Shown piece by piece: positions 25,726-37,523 of a stretch of DNA of 49,291 nt. The translations under genes were made by a program, and so were the position numbers. The notes under the pieces are model-generated. The model saw nothing but the letters and a program-made list of their open reading frames with translations. It had not been told where the DNA came from and searched no databases. Each line of letters opens with the position of its first letter. The first letter of the stretch is position 1. The stretch is taken from IMG/VR virus record IMGVR_UViG_3300016457_000036, positions 71,253-120,543 of that record; one strand, given 5' to 3'. Source of the stretch: a virus (Duplodnaviria > Heunggongvirae > Uroviricota > Caudoviricetes).

Positions 25726-26265
25726 CTACTGTCCTTGCCCTTGTAGCATTTGTACAGCGGCCTGAACCATTTGTGGATCGAGTTGTTGTAGTTCTTGGTC
25801 ACTAATAGCACCTGTTTGAATAGCCTGAGCTAGTCCCATTACTTGTTGTTCTGCTTGAGCGCCCTGTTGAGCGCCTTCTGCATAAGCTTCTTGCTCTACA
25901 AATTCTAAGCCTGGATCTGCAATACCTTGACCAGCAGGGTTATTCTGAATCTGAGCAGATTGTACCATCTCTACTGCACGTTGTACAAGCTCAGGAGGTA
26001 ATTGTTGTAGCTCTTGCTCACCTATCTGACCTGTAGCGATAGCTGTAGCTAATTCACCTACCTGTTGCTCTTTCTGAGCTTCTTGCTCTGCATAAGCACC
26101 TTCAATACGATTTTGACGACCTGCCGCTTCATCTACAGAGGCTTGATTACTCATAGCTAATTTAGGGTTAGGTGAAAAGCCACCTTGTTGTTGTGGTTGT
26201 TGTTGTGGTTGTGGTTGCTGTGCTTGAGCTTGCTGTTGCGCTGCTCTTCCTGGATGTACTGCCAT
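25726..26265 (-). CDS. Gln-rich hypothetical protein with a two-fold internal repeat, 179 aa
   Basis: GGAG RBS; QP-rich N-terminus; repeats ATAIATGQIGEQELQQLPPELVQRAVEMVQ / AQAIQTGAISDQELQQLDPQMVQAAVQMLQ. Confidence 0.75.
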   Translation of the reverse strand: MAVHPGRAAQQQAQAQQPQPQQQPQQQGGFSPNPKLAMSNQASVDEAAGRQNRIEGAYAEQEAQKEQQVGELATAIATGQIGEQELQQLPPELVQRAVEMVQSAQIQNNPAGQGIADPGLEFVEQEAYAEGAQQGAQAEQQVMGLAQAIQTGAISDQELQQLDPQMVQAAVQMLQGQGQ

Positions 26266-26267
26266 GA

Positions 26268-28580
26268 TTATTGTTCTCCTCTGTTTTTAGTAAATTCTGA
26301 ATACTGAGCTTTTCGTAGATCTGCTCTCTCTTTATCCGCTCTTGCCTCTGCATCGTTAGTAGCTTTAAACTCTTCCGACTCCATCTGATTAGATGCTGCA
26401 AATTCCTGGTCTTCTATCTGACGTTTACGGCGTACACCGCTTCTGTCATCTACAAAATTTTGGTCAAGCTGATCTCTTTCAGATACTGTTTTCTGAGCAT
26501 TTGCTGAAGCTAAATTCGCGTTAGCTGCAGCAAGTGCAGTATTAGCTCTTGCTAATTCTGCTTGTGCTATTGATAAATCAGCTTTAGCAGCTTTCATACT
26601 CATATCAATCTCATTCTCTTCAGAACGGCTAATACGCTCGATGATACGACTATCAGCTTCTTCAAGATCTTTCATAAGTTTATCATTCTCTAGCTTAGCG
26701 TTCTGTAACTGTAAATTTAATAACTCATCTTGACGTGGATCTACTTGTGGTTCGTAACTTTCGACCGCTTCTGCAAGACCTGGCATTTTCCATAACTCTG
26801 CAATTTTCACGTAGTGCATCTTAGCTATAGCAGGATCCATATTGGCCGCGTTAGTCTGCATGAGTGTCATAAGCTTATCTGCTGTTTCGTTGTCCTTCTC
26901 AGGAGTAGATACATCAATAATAAGATCAAAATCACCCGCTAGATCATCACGACGTACAGTTACAAATTCTTTATTAGTAACACGTACAACTTCTTCCTCA
27001 CTTAGGAACTCCTGGTTCATAGCAATAGTCATACGCCCCATATCAACAAATAGCTCACTCAATCTACGTAGTACACTTAGTTCACGTTTAGCTGTTGCAT
27101 CCATCGCTGAACGTACACCTGTTGCTGTTGAGTTGAGTGCTGAGCCACCTGCGCCTGTATTAAATGGACGAGTACCTGTAAGTGCTTCTGCATCTGCTGT
27201 TTGCATAGCAATCATATCACCTACACTATTAGGAATATCATCTACAGCTTGTTTAAAGATAGCAGTCTTTGCACTCATACCGCCACGATGGTATACAGTA
27301 TTACCCTTCTCGTAGTTGTTCTTCTGAGTAGGGCTTGGAAAGAAGTTTTCATCAATGAATGTCTGACCGACCGCTACAGATGCAGTAATATCTTGTGCTG
27401 CTCTTGTCATACGTCCGATAGTTTCTTGATTTTCTAAAAGGATCTCTGCATCAGGCTCACCGTGTATCTCCTGTTTGACAGGCATGTATACAGCAAGGCT
27501 AAATGGAATACGATTATGTGGAAAAGGATTTTCACTCATACGTACCATGATATTGTTAATGTAAGTAGCTACGATACTAACTAGCTCACCGGTGCCATGA
27601 ATGTCCCAATAACCCCAATACTCATAAGCACGTAATTTCTTACGGGCTTTATCTTGGTAGTTAAAGTCATTAGCTCCATCTGACATAAATTCATCGTCGA
27701 TAGACTCAGGGCTTCCACCCTCTTTAAGTCTGTTAAGATTATGGTAGAAACCACTTTCTTCGATAACTTCGTCTCCTGTTTCAGGATCTTGTGTTACTGT
27801 TTTAGTGTATTCATCTTTTTTAAGTGTTGCCCAATCCATATCATATTCGTGTACTAAGAAGTTAGCATTAGCCATAATACCTTCACAGGTAGGATCAATA
27901 GTAACATTCGCAGAGATACATACTTCATACGAAGGCTGATTTACAACAAGCGTCTCACGCTCTACATAAACCTTCTCTGTGCCTTTTTGCATAGGCTCAC
28001 CCATCTCCATACGAGCTTGAGCTTCTTCTTCTGTCATCTGACCGGCTTGAACAGCTTCTTGCATCATTTGTAGAGACTCTTCAGGAGTAGCAAAAACAGG
28101 CTGCTCTTCTTCTACTACTTTGATACCGTATTCAGATTCCCATCCTGTCTTAACAATAACAGTACCTTCATCTACATCACACCGAACAATATCGCCTACT
28201 AGTTTAACTTTAGGTACTTTTGTAGCCCATTGATAGTTAAGTAATAGGCTGTTTTGTTTAGCTGCTTCTATATCCTCGAATGTACGTGGTTGTACATCAT
28301 ACATGTCTGCAGTATTTAAGAAAGGTTCTTCTAGTGCGGGATATTTCCACTCGTTCTGCTTACGAACTACAAGTGGTCGAGAGGTACTCTTACCGGGCTT
28401 GGAAGCAGTGATTTTTTTACCGCCCTCTCTAGTGAGTTTCCACCCTCTAAGATTATCGCGGAAATCTTCCTGAGCAGACTCAGCTTCTTTTCTATCGTAA
28501 TCAAGATCACTTACACTTGGTTCGTTTTTCCACTCAGTAATTTGACTACTTGTAACCGATGCATCAGCTGACTCATTCAT
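26268..28580 (-). CDS. Portal protein (N4 gp59-like), 770 aa
   Basis: WKNEPSVSDL, VRKQNEWKYPALEEPFL, QNSLLLNYQW, DEGTVIVKTGW, YEYWGYWDIHGTG, ENPFP, RELSVLRRL. Confidence 0.95.
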   Translation of the reverse strand: MNESADASVTSSQITEWKNEPSVSDLDYDRKEAESAQEDFRDNLRGWKLTREGGKKITASKPGKSTSRPLVVRKQNEWKYPALEEPFLNTADMYDVQPRTFEDIEAAKQNSLLLNYQWATKVPKVKLVGDIVRCDVDEGTVIVKTGWESEYGIKVVEEEQPVFATPEESLQMMQEAVQAGQMTEEEAQARMEMGEPMQKGTEKVYVERETLVVNQPSYEVCISANVTIDPTCEGIMANANFLVHEYDMDWATLKKDEYTKTVTQDPETGDEVIEESGFYHNLNRLKEGGSPESIDDEFMSDGANDFNYQDKARKKLRAYEYWGYWDIHGTGELVSIVATYINNIMVRMSENPFPHNRIPFSLAVYMPVKQEIHGEPDAEILLENQETIGRMTRAAQDITASVAVGQTFIDENFFPSPTQKNNYEKGNTVYHRGGMSAKTAIFKQAVDDIPNSVGDMIAMQTADAEALTGTRPFNTGAGGSALNSTATGVRSAMDATAKRELSVLRRLSELFVDMGRMTIAMNQEFLSEEEVVRVTNKEFVTVRRDDLAGDFDLIIDVSTPEKDNETADKLMTLMQTNAANMDPAIAKMHYVKIAELWKMPGLAEAVESYEPQVDPRQDELLNLQLQNAKLENDKLMKDLEEADSRIIERISRSEENEIDMSMKAAKADLSIAQAELARANTALAAANANLASANAQKTVSERDQLDQNFVDDRSGVRRKRQIEDQEFAASNQMESEEFKATNDAEARADKERADLRKAQYSEFTKNRGEQ

Positions 28581-28606
28581 GCTGCCTCCTCTTAAAATTT
28601 TGTTGT

Positions 28607-28873
28607 TTAGCAGAGGTGGAATATGCCACCGACAATTTGGACATCCCCATAATACCCATAGTCTTCTCCTGCTATAGCATCAATAAGTGAAGGAACACCA
28701 CCACTCGCCCATAACAAATTAAAGCTTCCATCTTCTACACAATGAATTACACCGTTAGTATGATATGCACCCGCTCCTAGATTGACTTTACCTTCAACTA
28801 AAGGCACAGCCTGTATATCTTTACCGGCTACATCTGACTCTAGTCCTATCTGCGGTATTCTTGGTAATGGCAT
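28607..28873 (-). CDS. Hypothetical protein, 88 aa
   Basis: AAAGGA RBS; fills the gap between endolysin and portal; beta-rich; possibly a minor virion protein. Confidence 0.7.
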   Translation of the reverse strand: MPLPRIPQIGLESDVAGKDIQAVPLVEGKVNLGAGAYHTNGVIHCVEDGSFNLLWASGGVPSLIDAIAGEDYGYYGDVQIVGGIFHLC

Positions 28874-28907
28874 AGTATTTCCTTTTAAAATATATTATAT
28901 TTACTCG

Positions 28908-28916
28908 ATTATAGCA
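28908..28916 (-). promoter_or_regulatory. Extended -10 promoter candidate TGCTATAAT upstream of the portal operon
   Basis: TGnTATAAT consensus in an AT-rich intergenic gap. Confidence 0.6.
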
Positions 28917-28925
28917 TACTCTAGT

Positions 28926-29336
28926 TTAAGCTGTAAAAGTTACTAAAGTTTCTTCATTTCGTATATCTATATGTACCCAACTTGTTCCGAGTTCTAATCC
29001 TTTAATAGTAGGATACAACCCAGGATTTTCTAATATGTCTGAGCGTACTTTATTAGAGCTATACTCACTAAACTTCATGTCTACTGCTCTCATAAAACTG
29101 TGCATACTTGTAGGGGAGTAATAAGAACTATCCGGTGTACGCAGTCCTGACCACTGTCTACTCCCACCCCATACATAGTTATTGATCGTAATTGTTCCTT
29201 TAGGAAATCGCTCTTTAATAGTATCAATAGCCTTTATAAGATCTGCAGGAATATACCGCCAAGCACTTTCACCTTTTTTCTCATATATAGCTTTTGATAC
29301 TAACTCATGGATTTTAAAATATTTACTTACTTGCAT
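28926..29336 (-). CDS. Endolysin, peptidase M15 (Zn peptidase) family, 136 aa
   Basis: ITINNY, GLRTP, SMHSFMRAVD (H, D ligands) and WVHIDIRN (H ligand). Confidence 0.88.
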   Translation of the reverse strand: MQVSKYFKIHELVSKAIYEKKGESAWRYIPADLIKAIDTIKERFPKGTITINNYVWGGSRQWSGLRTPDSSYYSPTSMHSFMRAVDMKFSEYSSNKVRSDILENPGLYPTIKGLELGTSWVHIDIRNEETLVTFTA

Positions 29337-29653
29337 TTTATTCCTTTAGGATGTGTTTTATTTGTTTTATAGTACTCTTCTTTAGTGAGATAGTGAGAAT
29401 TTATTCTAATCACTTTCTCATCAAGACGAATAAAATTATGCCTATTTTCTACTATCCATTTTACCTGTTCTTTGTTCTGTTCTTTATTTTGTGTTCTGAA
29501 TTGCTGTGTAGCATCTCTGTACTCTTCAGATTTAGCCCTATCTGCAGTAGTTGTCACATACAGCGTAAATAAGCCCATCACAGTAATAAGAACAATAGTA
29601 GGCAATACTTTGTTTACAAACCAATCAGTAGCATCATTTAATCCATTACTCAT
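29327..29653 (-). CDS. Single-TM membrane protein, holin/antiholin candidate, 108 aa
   Basis: N-terminal TM VLPTIVLITVMGLFTLYV plus soluble helical tail; adjacent to endolysin. Confidence 0.55.
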   Translation of the reverse strand: MSNGLNDATDWFVNKVLPTIVLITVMGLFTLYVTTTADRAKSEEYRDATQQFRTQNKEQNKEQVKWIVENRHNFIRLDEKVIRINSHYLTKEEYYKTNKTHPKGIKCK

Positions 29654-29880
29654 CTACATACCTTTATTTTCTCTTCATACTCACCTATACATCTTACTAA
29701 TTCAATAATAAGATCTTGATCAGTCATATCCTGTAATTCAACAGGAGTTCGTTTACAGTGTACTTCCGGTACGATACATGGAACAGTGACTACAACTTCT
29801 TTAGGAACAATGATTTCTCTAGTCGCACATCCACTAAAAACCATGAGTACGAATACTGTCAATAATAGATGCAGTTTCAT
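29650..29880 (-). CDS. o-spanin (Rz1-like lipoprotein), 76 aa
   Basis: Signal peptide with lipobox VFSG-C; Pro/Cys-rich VPCIVPEVHC; overlaps the i-spanin 3' end by 47 nt. Confidence 0.82.
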   Translation of the reverse strand: MKLHLLLTVFVLMVFSGCATREIIVPKEVVVTVPCIVPEVHCKRTPVELQDMTDQDLIIELVRCIGEYEEKIKVCR

Positions 29881-30184
29881 TACATTGCTCCTTAGTAAGA
29901 TTATGCTCTCTATAGACCACCTTTAAACGCTCGACCACTTCGATCTTGGTGATTATCTTCACTTCTGCTTTACGTGTCTCATAATCGATCTGAAGTGCTC
30001 TATACTTAACGTTTTGTTGCTCTAATGATAGCAGACATGTCTCTACATTAACAGTCGAAGCTAAATAATCTCTTGTTAATTCTTTAATCTCTGCTCGGTA
30101 GAACCATATAGCGATACCGGAAACAACTAAAAGTGTTCCAAGTACTGCTGATAGGTACATAAATAATTTACCGAGCATAGTCAT
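29834..30184 (-). CDS. i-spanin (Rz-like), 116 aa
   Basis: N-terminal TM, periplasmic coiled coil, C-terminal Cys; paired with the lipoprotein gene. Confidence 0.8.
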   Translation of the reverse strand: MTMLGKLFMYLSAVLGTLLVVSGIAIWFYRAEIKELTRDYLASTVNVETCLLSLEQQNVKYRALQIDYETRKAEVKIITKIEVVERLKVVYREHNLTKEQCNETASIIDSIRTHGF

Positions 30185-30185
30185 T

Positions 30186-30392
30186 TTAAGTATCCTGTGG
30201 AGTAGTGAAGTAGTTAGCTACTCCTAAAGATCCTAAGTATCCGATCACACCTGAAAAGATAGGCCAAAATGATACTACCTCAAATCCTCCTACATGAAAC
30301 CCAAACATAACTACAGAAAATATAATTACATATACATAAGAACTTATAAATACTGCTTTTCTTAGTCTGCTTTTACTTGCTGCTGTTATCAT
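30186..30392 (-). CDS. Holin candidate (two TM helices), 68 aa
   Basis: Basic N-terminus and two hydrophobic segments; heads the lysis cassette. Confidence 0.6.
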   Translation of the reverse strand: MITAASKSRLRKAVFISSYVYVIIFSVVMFGFHVGGFEVVSFWPIFSGVIGYLGSLGVANYFTTPQDT

Positions 30393-30395
30393 TTA

Positions 30396-30677
30396 CTAAG
30401 CCTCACTAAAATTAAGTACTGTGTAGACGGGATAATTTCCATCACTAGGTATATCTGCTAATTCTAGCACATCCCATTCTGCATCTGTAAATATTTCTAC
30501 AAGGTCTGTAATCATACCTGTGTCAAGTTTCGTACTTAGCACTATATCAATACTGTTATCAAGTTTAATAGGCTCTGACGCAAGCTTATTGTTAATAACT
30601 GCTACCCAATTCCATAGCAAGTTTTTAGCTTGCTGTCTCTGTGCGATAATACTCGGCTTTAATACTTTGTTACTCAT
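30396..30677 (-). CDS. Hypothetical protein, 93 aa
   Basis: AAGGA RBS; tiles the gap between the tail fibre and holin genes. Confidence 0.7.
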   Translation of the reverse strand: MSNKVLKPSIIAQRQQAKNLLWNWVAVINNKLASEPIKLDNSIDIVLSTKLDTGMITDLVEIFTDAEWDVLELADIPSDGNYPVYTVLNFSEA

Positions 30678-30686
30678 CTTTTATCC

Positions 30687-33600
30687 TTATGGAAATATAG
30701 TGTTTTCTACAATCATCACTACTTGATGTGGTGTGATCGCCTGATACTTATAAGGCCCTAAGAAGAACACGTCTCCCGGTGCATAAGTAATCGAGTGATT
30801 GATGATAGGAAGACCTAGTAAGATCTCTACTGTCTCTCCTGCCACTACCGCTGTTTTAGCATTTCCAATATAGTTGTCAGTACGAGTAGCAGAGCTATCT
30901 ATGAACGTAATATCGTTCTTATTTACTGTGTCACCATTCATCATTAGCGCATAAGTAGCTCCAAAAATAACTGCTACTAACTGTGTTACTGCTGTATTAC
31001 TTGGTATAGTAGCAGTACTTGTATATAGCTTATTATAGTCAGAGGAAGGCGATGTTCCTTGTTCCCATATCTCATATTTATCTACTGTATTACGTACCAC
31101 ACTATAACGTAGCCCTGAAGCCGATTGCATAGTAGTCGCAGCTTCACCTAATAACGTACCCGGTGTACTGTTGTATTGGCTAATACTTCCACCTGGTGAA
31201 TAAGTAGCTGAGAATGTTTTAAATACACCCGGAGAAATTTCTACTTGGCTTATTAAAGTTCTGTTAATAACACTGAATCCTGCTAATCGTTCAGCTGCAA
31301 TAACAAACGAAAGAGAATTAGTCAGGTCATCATAACGTCCTGTACCAAAAGTAGGTTTATACCATGAGGCTTCTCTCCAATAGCAGGAGTAAGTTTCAGT
31401 AATCATAGCAATAACTATATTGTCACCTTCACTTCGTACTTCTATTTTAGATGGAACTGAAGCAGGTGTCATGTTAATAGCATTATAATCGTTAGTATCT
31501 AATTGATTACCGTTAGAGATCTTTCCATAGTTATTGTAAACATTTCCGTCTGTTTCAATCCATGCCCATACAATGTGATGTTCTCCTGAAGCATATGCAA
31601 TACCACCGGATATAACATTGTTAGAATCTCTTGGTAAGTACTGAGAACCACTTGATACAGTAATACCATCACTATTAAGAATATGCGTATGGAAATAACC
31701 ACTAGCTGTTACCCATGCAACAGCTACATATGTACTATCAATCTGACAAGTTGAAATACTTATTACATTTCCGGCAGTCGGTATAACTGCTTCAGTACCC
31801 CATACTATGCTACCATTGGACTGAGCAGCGCCTGGCTTATAAAAGATAGTATCTGCAGTTGCATCCGTATAAATAACAATACCTACGTTTCCTGCAATAA
31901 ATACCATCTCATGTAACTCTACGTTTCTAGTAGTGAACTCACTCGCGCCTTCGCCACCTGTCGCCGGATATGCTTGAGCTTGTCCATTAATATCTAAAGA
32001 TACCTCAGCAAACTCTGCAAGTGACGTACTAGCAATAGTACTTAATTTATATTGTGGAACAAGTCTAAAATCTACATCTTCATAAGGTTTTAACTCTACA
32101 ACTACATTTTCTTTGCCGGCTATTTCTACATTTTCCATGTTAAAACGTAATTGTGTATTGTCATCATTATGCACATTAAAGTTATCTTGATGGAAAGTTC
32201 CACTTGCTGTCAATGATCCAACAATTCCTGTCTTACTTTCTCTGCTATCTGAATAGTCTTCATCTGCAGTAGGTTTAACAATTACTGCTTTTCCACTATT
32301 GGTATAGCTATCTAATGTATGGAAAATTACTGAACCGATAGGAGTAAAATATTCATAACTTGGAGTACGGCGAAGCATGAAAGCAACTTCAGCTAATGCT
32401 CCGTTTCTAGCGTCTTCTGCTGTAGGATAGTAAGTATCTCCTGCTACTCCTACAATAGGATAATCAAGACCAACAGACGCAAAGTAATGATAACTTACGT
32501 ATGTATCATTAGGTGCCTCTACTAGGTCCCCTATAGTACCTGTAACAGGATTATACGCTATACGCTCTCCTGCATAATCAGTACCTACTGAACCATTTGT
32601 AATGATAGGAAGAGAAGTAGCCGCTGAAATTTTACCTGCCGTGTTAAGCCTATACAGAATAGGTATCTCAGCTATTGGTGATAACACTTGTGAAGTATTT
32701 GCTGTGGCATGTGAATGATTAGCTAGAGCTATTATTCCATCTTCTACACTGAACTGTAAGTGAGTATCAGATGTACCGTCTTGATCTGCTAAGATATTTT
32801 CTAGGGCTAATCCATTTATATATGATGCACCATTAATATTAATGAATGACTCTCTTGTAGAAGCTGCCATATCATATGGGTATCGTAAGTCTGATACATG
32901 CACAATATTTCCGGTAGCCGGATCCTTAAGTATTCTTGCTACAACAGCAGTGTTAAACTTAATCGCTTGATCCAAGTCAAATATCGCTTCTTCAATCTCT
33001 ACTAAATTACTTGCTGAGTCTAGTACGATTAAAACACTTTCAGTAGTTAGTGTACAAGTTATCGTTTTACTTGCAGTAACAACTTTTTTAACGCTATATG
33101 TGAATACAGTATATTCTGCGCCTACCGGTGCAAGCGTAAGTTCTTTAGTACCGTAGTTAAAACTAATAGCAGCATCTGCCGAATTTTCAAAGCCTGAAAT
33201 AATTTCATTCTTACCATCGAGAGATCCTATAAGGTCAGCTTGATTTTCAAGTGATCCTCCTACATTACCCCAATCAACAGTTGGTACTTTAAAGACAAGA
33301 CCAAGTTCATCCGCACTTACAGTAGGTACTTGCTCTGCATGGCCTGTATAGTCAGTTGGTGTGTCAGTGAGCTCTAAGAACGTACTTGCTGATGCAGTTG
33401 CTCCTGAGCCTCCTGTAGCTTCTATGACACTAATGAAACGTGCTCTGCCTTCTGCCCACTCACTACGAGTTTTTTCTGCCACTATATAACCAAGTAAGAT
33501 AGAGTTTCCTAAGAGCATCGGTACATCAGTATTTGCATGGTCAATACCAATACTTGCTATAGCTGTATCAAAGTTATCAAGCAAGTTCTGCCCGTACATA

Positions 33601-36600
33601 ATCCAAAAATTATCGCGTTGATCAATATATAAACGCTGAATAGTAGTAGCTACTGAATTACCTGGTACTGCTACAACTCCTGTGCCGTCATCATACATAG
33701 ACGGATCCATAAGAGTAGTCTCAGCAGATACAACAGTGAAGTCTCTGTTTGTATATCTAAATGGTAATGCAAGAACTTCAGCAAAAGATTCTCTGTGAGG
33801 ATCTTTCTTATTTACATGCCAATTACGGTTCATTTCCCATACAACACCTGCTTCTCTATCAAGTTCAAATACTCCGCTTTCTGTGACTTTACCACCACCT
33901 TGTGTGAATGATGGCCCTATAACCATCTTAATGAACTCAGTAAGAGACGCTGCGGCATTATTTACAACAACCGGTGCAGAGATTTCTCCCCATGTTGTAC
34001 CATTAAAAATAGCGTATCCTAAGTATACTTCATCTCTTGCTACTGAGGGAGACGGAGTAACCGCATACTGTTTAAGAAGCGCAAGATTAGTATTAACTAT
34101 AGGTCCTACTGAGCCACTATCTGCGAGTGTAAAGTGAACTGTTTCTCCTGCAGTAGGAGCAACTGTAACGATAGGTGCTTGCAACGTATTCCATGAAAGA
34201 CTTATTGAAGTTGGTACAGCACTTGGGACAGTAAAAGAATCAATAATAACACCTTGTCCTGCTATGACCTCAATATCAAGTCCTCCGTTTACTATGTTAA
34301 GTTCGCCACCATCACTTAATCCTGTAGGCTTAGCCTCCGTTACCTTTGATGATTTAGGAGTAAACTCAATAGCATCGCCGGCTTGATTTATACTCAGCAT
34401 TTTATCTGCTGCATCTGTGTAATCTACCGGAGTATCTTGTAAACTTGTAAATGTGGCGTAGGTAGTAGCTATAATTTTTTCATCTAGCACTCTACCTTGA
34501 TTAGCAGACAACGCTGCAAATGGATCAGTAGAAACTAGGTTATCAATTACATCTAATGTAGGTGATGATGAGCTTCCACCGGAACCTGACTCAGAAGTAG
34601 CTACTAAGTCCCAATCACCACTAACTTCTGCATGTTGAAACTGTAGATCAAAACCATATGCGTTAGTCTCTTTACCTGCTTCAGATACTCCATCAAATTC
34701 TAGGAAACCAACAACAGTTGCAAATGAAGGAGAGATAGCCCATGTGTTAGTTTCTTCTACATATTGAGTAGCTTGTGCAACCGGTACAGTTATTTCAGTA
34801 TTTGTAGCTTCAGAGACTAGAGGAATACCTATAGCACCTGAACTAATTCTAGTGACAACATACTGTGTAAAACCTGGAGCGGATAAATCAGGTGCTCCCA
34901 CTACACGAAAGGTAATTGAACGATCAGGATTATTTGTCTGTACAAATTGGAATGTACTTTCAGGAATGACACCCGCTAACTCTGTTGTTCTATCCACACT
35001 ATCAAGATCTGTGTTATGAATACGTAGTAATGTTTCTTGAGAATTTGTATTCCACCCATTGAAAAGAGGTAAGTTATTATTATCTTTACCTTCGTATATC
35101 CATCCACCTGTTGCTGTAGTCTCTGAACCTGTATTTATAGCTTCGATAGTGAGTTTTAAAATAGTACCGGCTAAAATAAGGTTCATTCCCATTGCAATAT
35201 CTACCCATCCATCAGCAAATATACTAGTAGTCTCATCTGTTCTGACAAGAGGATTAGCAGGATCTGTAATGTCAGCCACAATAAATCTATAGTCAGTAGT
35301 AGCAGTTACTTCCGGTAGCCACACACGTAGTGATTTAACCCATCCTGCTTGTGTAAACGTGTAAGTCTGCCCTGAGTGTACAGAAGAAACATTTTGAAGA
35401 GTATTCCATAATGGAATATCTTTTAAAGAGAAAACAGGATCACCATTAGGCTGTGGAGCAGGTCTAGTAGTAGTTGTTTTATTAGCTATTGTAGTCCATG
35501 CTCCGTCACGTACTAAATCATTCTTGTTATACTCTGCAGATACCCATATACCGCGCCAAATAATTCTTGTTTCTATCTCGGTCTGTGCGGCAGTGCTGAC
35601 AGGCTTATTCACGTCTGTTGTATTATCCACTTCACTAAGCCCAACTTGAGTCTTAGTAACGACGTGAGGGTTTGTAGTACTTCCTGTGTGAGCAGTAAGT
35701 GCTGTAACATCCGCTTTTAGATCAAGAGCAGTTTGCCCTGCAAAACTTACAGGTTTGTTTATATCACTTGTATTATTTACATTACTAAGCCCTACCTGTG
35801 TTTTTGTCACGACATGAGGATTAGCGTTATCGTTGAGATGAGCAGTAAATTCTGTATCATCTACTTTAAGATCGAGTGCAGTCTGTGTTTCTGTAGAAAC
35901 AGGCTTATCTGTATCACTCGTATTATCTACTTGATCTAATCCTACCTGCGTTTTTGTCACTACATGGGGATTAAGTGTAGATGTTTCGTGTGCTGTAAAA
36001 ACAGAATCATCTGTTTTAAGATCTAGTGCTGTTTGAGTAGCAGTACTTACCGGTTTATCTGCGTCAGCTGTATTGTTCGCTACAGACAAGCCTACTTGAG
36101 CTTTTGTGACTGCGTGAGGATTACCTGTATTGTTTTCATGTGCTGTAAGATCAGTACCATCAGCTTTTAGATCTAACGCAGTTTGCGTAGCTGTCGATAC
36201 AGGTTTATCAGCATCACTTGTATTATCTACTGAATCAAGTCCTACCATGTCTTTATTTACAGCATGGGGATTACCTGTAGTATCGGCCATGTGTACGTCT
36301 ACATCAGAACTATCGTAAATTGTATCTGTACTACTGATAATAGGATTAGCTGCATCTGTCTTATCTATTGATACATTAGTACCTGCTACCACATCATCAA
36401 GCTTACTATCTAGTGCTGCTTGTAAATCCGTTTGATCGGAAAGAGTTCCATTAATAACACCCCATATACTAGGTCCTTCAGGACCGATTGGCCCTTGTAT
36501 TCCATCTGAGCCTTGTGGTCCAATAGGACCTATAGGACCTGCTATTCCTTGTATACCTTGTGGACCAATAGGACCAACACTTCCTTGAGCACCTGTCTGA

Positions 36601-37523
36601 CCTGGTACACCTTGTGGTCCGGCAACAGTAGAGTCTGCTCCTGTGTCACCTTGTGGGCCGATAGGACCGGGTACAGTAGAGTCTGAGCCATCTGCTCCAT
36701 CAACACCTTTAGCACCTTGTTGTCCTATTTGTCCTTGCGCACCTTGAATACCATCGTTACCTTGTGGTCCTTGAATTCCTGCAGGACCTGATGGACCGGT
36801 ATTTCCTGTTTCGCCTTTAGGTCCAACAATAGGTCCTATGTTAGTCCAATTAGCAGGACCTGCTCCTAGTCCATTCGAGACGAAAGCATCGTTCTCTTTA
36901 TAATCATCAGGAATTGTTCCGCCTGTCTCATTAACAAGCCAAATATCTCCTGCTACACCTTCAGTAGTCATGATGTCATAGTAAGTATCTATCCCGACAA
37001 TAATAATACCTGCTCCTGCGTCACCGTCTTGACCATCTTCACCGTCAGGTCCTTGTGGTCCAGGGTATCCTTGAATACCTGCAACACCTTGTGATCCTTG
37101 CTGTCCTTGGTCTCCTGCAACACCTTGTACGCCATTAGAACCATCCGCTCCGTCAGTACCTGTATTACCTGTATCACCTTTAACACCACGAATACCACGC
37201 TGACCTTGTGGTCCTTCTGAGCCTACCACACCTTGAGGTCCTTGTACACCCTGTGGACCTTCAGGACCTATTGGACCGACTATACCGTCATTAGGAGTAA
37301 TATCTTGCCACATACCTGCAGTCTTTTTCCAAATACGTTCTTCTGTTCCGTATTGACTATAAAGATCACCATCTTGACCATAAGTATTATTAGGGGTTGT
37401 AGTCCCTTTGAACGCTACTTTATCTTCAACTATTGTTACTTCATCGTCAGTAGTAACACCGCCTAAGTTAATGTTAGTAGCCTCGCCACTATTTAAGTAT
37501 TCTTGTATATCTCTTGAAGCCAT
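30687..37523 (-). CDS. Long tail fibre/adhesin with collagen and phage-tail repeats, 2278 aa
   Basis: G-X-Y collagen tracts, five 50-aa NPH-VTK-QVGL repeats, multiple beta-rich modules. Confidence 0.88.
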   Translation of the reverse strand: MASRDIQEYLNSGEATNINLGGVTTDDEVTIVEDKVAFKGTTTPNNTYGQDGDLYSQYGTEERIWKKTAGMWQDITPNDGIVGPIGPEGPQGVQGPQGVVGSEGPQGQRGIRGVKGDTGNTGTDGADGSNGVQGVAGDQGQQGSQGVAGIQGYPGPQGPDGEDGQDGDAGAGIIIVGIDTYYDIMTTEGVAGDIWLVNETGGTIPDDYKENDAFVSNGLGAGPANWTNIGPIVGPKGETGNTGPSGPAGIQGPQGNDGIQGAQGQIGQQGAKGVDGADGSDSTVPGPIGPQGDTGADSTVAGPQGVPGQTGAQGSVGPIGPQGIQGIAGPIGPIGPQGSDGIQGPIGPEGPSIWGVINGTLSDQTDLQAALDSKLDDVVAGTNVSIDKTDAANPIISSTDTIYDSSDVDVHMADTTGNPHAVNKDMVGLDSVDNTSDADKPVSTATQTALDLKADGTDLTAHENNTGNPHAVTKAQVGLSVANNTADADKPVSTATQTALDLKTDDSVFTAHETSTLNPHVVTKTQVGLDQVDNTSDTDKPVSTETQTALDLKVDDTEFTAHLNDNANPHVVTKTQVGLSNVNNTSDINKPVSFAGQTALDLKADVTALTAHTGSTTNPHVVTKTQVGLSEVDNTTDVNKPVSTAAQTEIETRIIWRGIWVSAEYNKNDLVRDGAWTTIANKTTTTRPAPQPNGDPVFSLKDIPLWNTLQNVSSVHSGQTYTFTQAGWVKSLRVWLPEVTATTDYRFIVADITDPANPLVRTDETTSIFADGWVDIAMGMNLILAGTILKLTIEAINTGSETTATGGWIYEGKDNNNLPLFNGWNTNSQETLLRIHNTDLDSVDRTTELAGVIPESTFQFVQTNNPDRSITFRVVGAPDLSAPGFTQYVVTRISSGAIGIPLVSEATNTEITVPVAQATQYVEETNTWAISPSFATVVGFLEFDGVSEAGKETNAYGFDLQFQHAEVSGDWDLVATSESGSGGSSSSPTLDVIDNLVSTDPFAALSANQGRVLDEKIIATTYATFTSLQDTPVDYTDAADKMLSINQAGDAIEFTPKSSKVTEAKPTGLSDGGELNIVNGGLDIEVIAGQGVIIDSFTVPSAVPTSISLSWNTLQAPIVTVAPTAGETVHFTLADSGSVGPIVNTNLALLKQYAVTPSPSVARDEVYLGYAIFNGTTWGEISAPVVVNNAAASLTEFIKMVIGPSFTQGGGKVTESGVFELDREAGVVWEMNRNWHVNKKDPHRESFAEVLALPFRYTNRDFTVVSAETTLMDPSMYDDGTGVVAVPGNSVATTIQRLYIDQRDNFWIMYGQNLLDNFDTAIASIGIDHANTDVPMLLGNSILLGYIVAEKTRSEWAEGRARFISVIEATGGSGATASASTFLELTDTPTDYTGHAEQVPTVSADELGLVFKVPTVDWGNVGGSLENQADLIGSLDGKNEIISGFENSADAAISFNYGTKELTLAPVGAEYTVFTYSVKKVVTASKTITCTLTTESVLIVLDSASNLVEIEEAIFDLDQAIKFNTAVVARILKDPATGNIVHVSDLRYPYDMAASTRESFININGASYINGLALENILADQDGTSDTHLQFSVEDGIIALANHSHATANTSQVLSPIAEIPILYRLNTAGKISAATSLPIITNGSVGTDYAGERIAYNPVTGTIGDLVEAPNDTYVSYHYFASVGLDYPIVGVAGDTYYPTAEDARNGALAEVAFMLRRTPSYEYFTPIGSVIFHTLDSYTNSGKAVIVKPTADEDYSDSRESKTGIVGSLTASGTFHQDNFNVHNDDNTQLRFNMENVEIAGKENVVVELKPYEDVDFRLVPQYKLSTIASTSLAEFAEVSLDINGQAQAYPATGGEGASEFTTRNVELHEMVFIAGNVGIVIYTDATADTIFYKPGAAQSNGSIVWGTEAVIPTAGNVISISTCQIDSTYVAVAWVTASGYFHTHILNSDGITVSSGSQYLPRDSNNVISGGIAYASGEHHIVWAWIETDGNVYNNYGKISNGNQLDTNDYNAINMTPASVPSKIEVRSEGDNIVIAMITETYSCYWREASWYKPTFGTGRYDDLTNSLSFVIAAERLAGFSVINRTLISQVEISPGVFKTFSATYSPGGSISQYNSTPGTLLGEAATTMQSASGLRYSVVRNTVDKYEIWEQGTSPSSDYNKLYTSTATIPSNTAVTQLVAVIFGATYALMMNGDTVNKNDITFIDSSATRTDNYIGNAKTAVVAGETVEILLGLPIINHSITYAPGDVFFLGPYKYQAITPHQVVMIVENTIFP
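35575..36293 (-). repeat. Five tandem 150-nt (50-aa) phage tail repeats
   Basis: Unit [42 protein letters not shown]; one more copy in the 1847-aa fibre near 44770-44880. Confidence 0.9.
36475..37285 (-). repeat. Collagen-like G-X-Y repeats in two blocks separated by a globular spacer
   Basis: [10 protein letters not shown]... at ~37020-37285 and ~36475-36830. Confidence 0.92.

Noticed and set aside
35575-36293. Regular 150-nt repeats as a CRISPR array or DGR template
   Set aside because: They are degenerate in-frame protein repeats with synonymous divergence; no unique spacers, no reverse transcriptase, no adenine-specific variation noticed.
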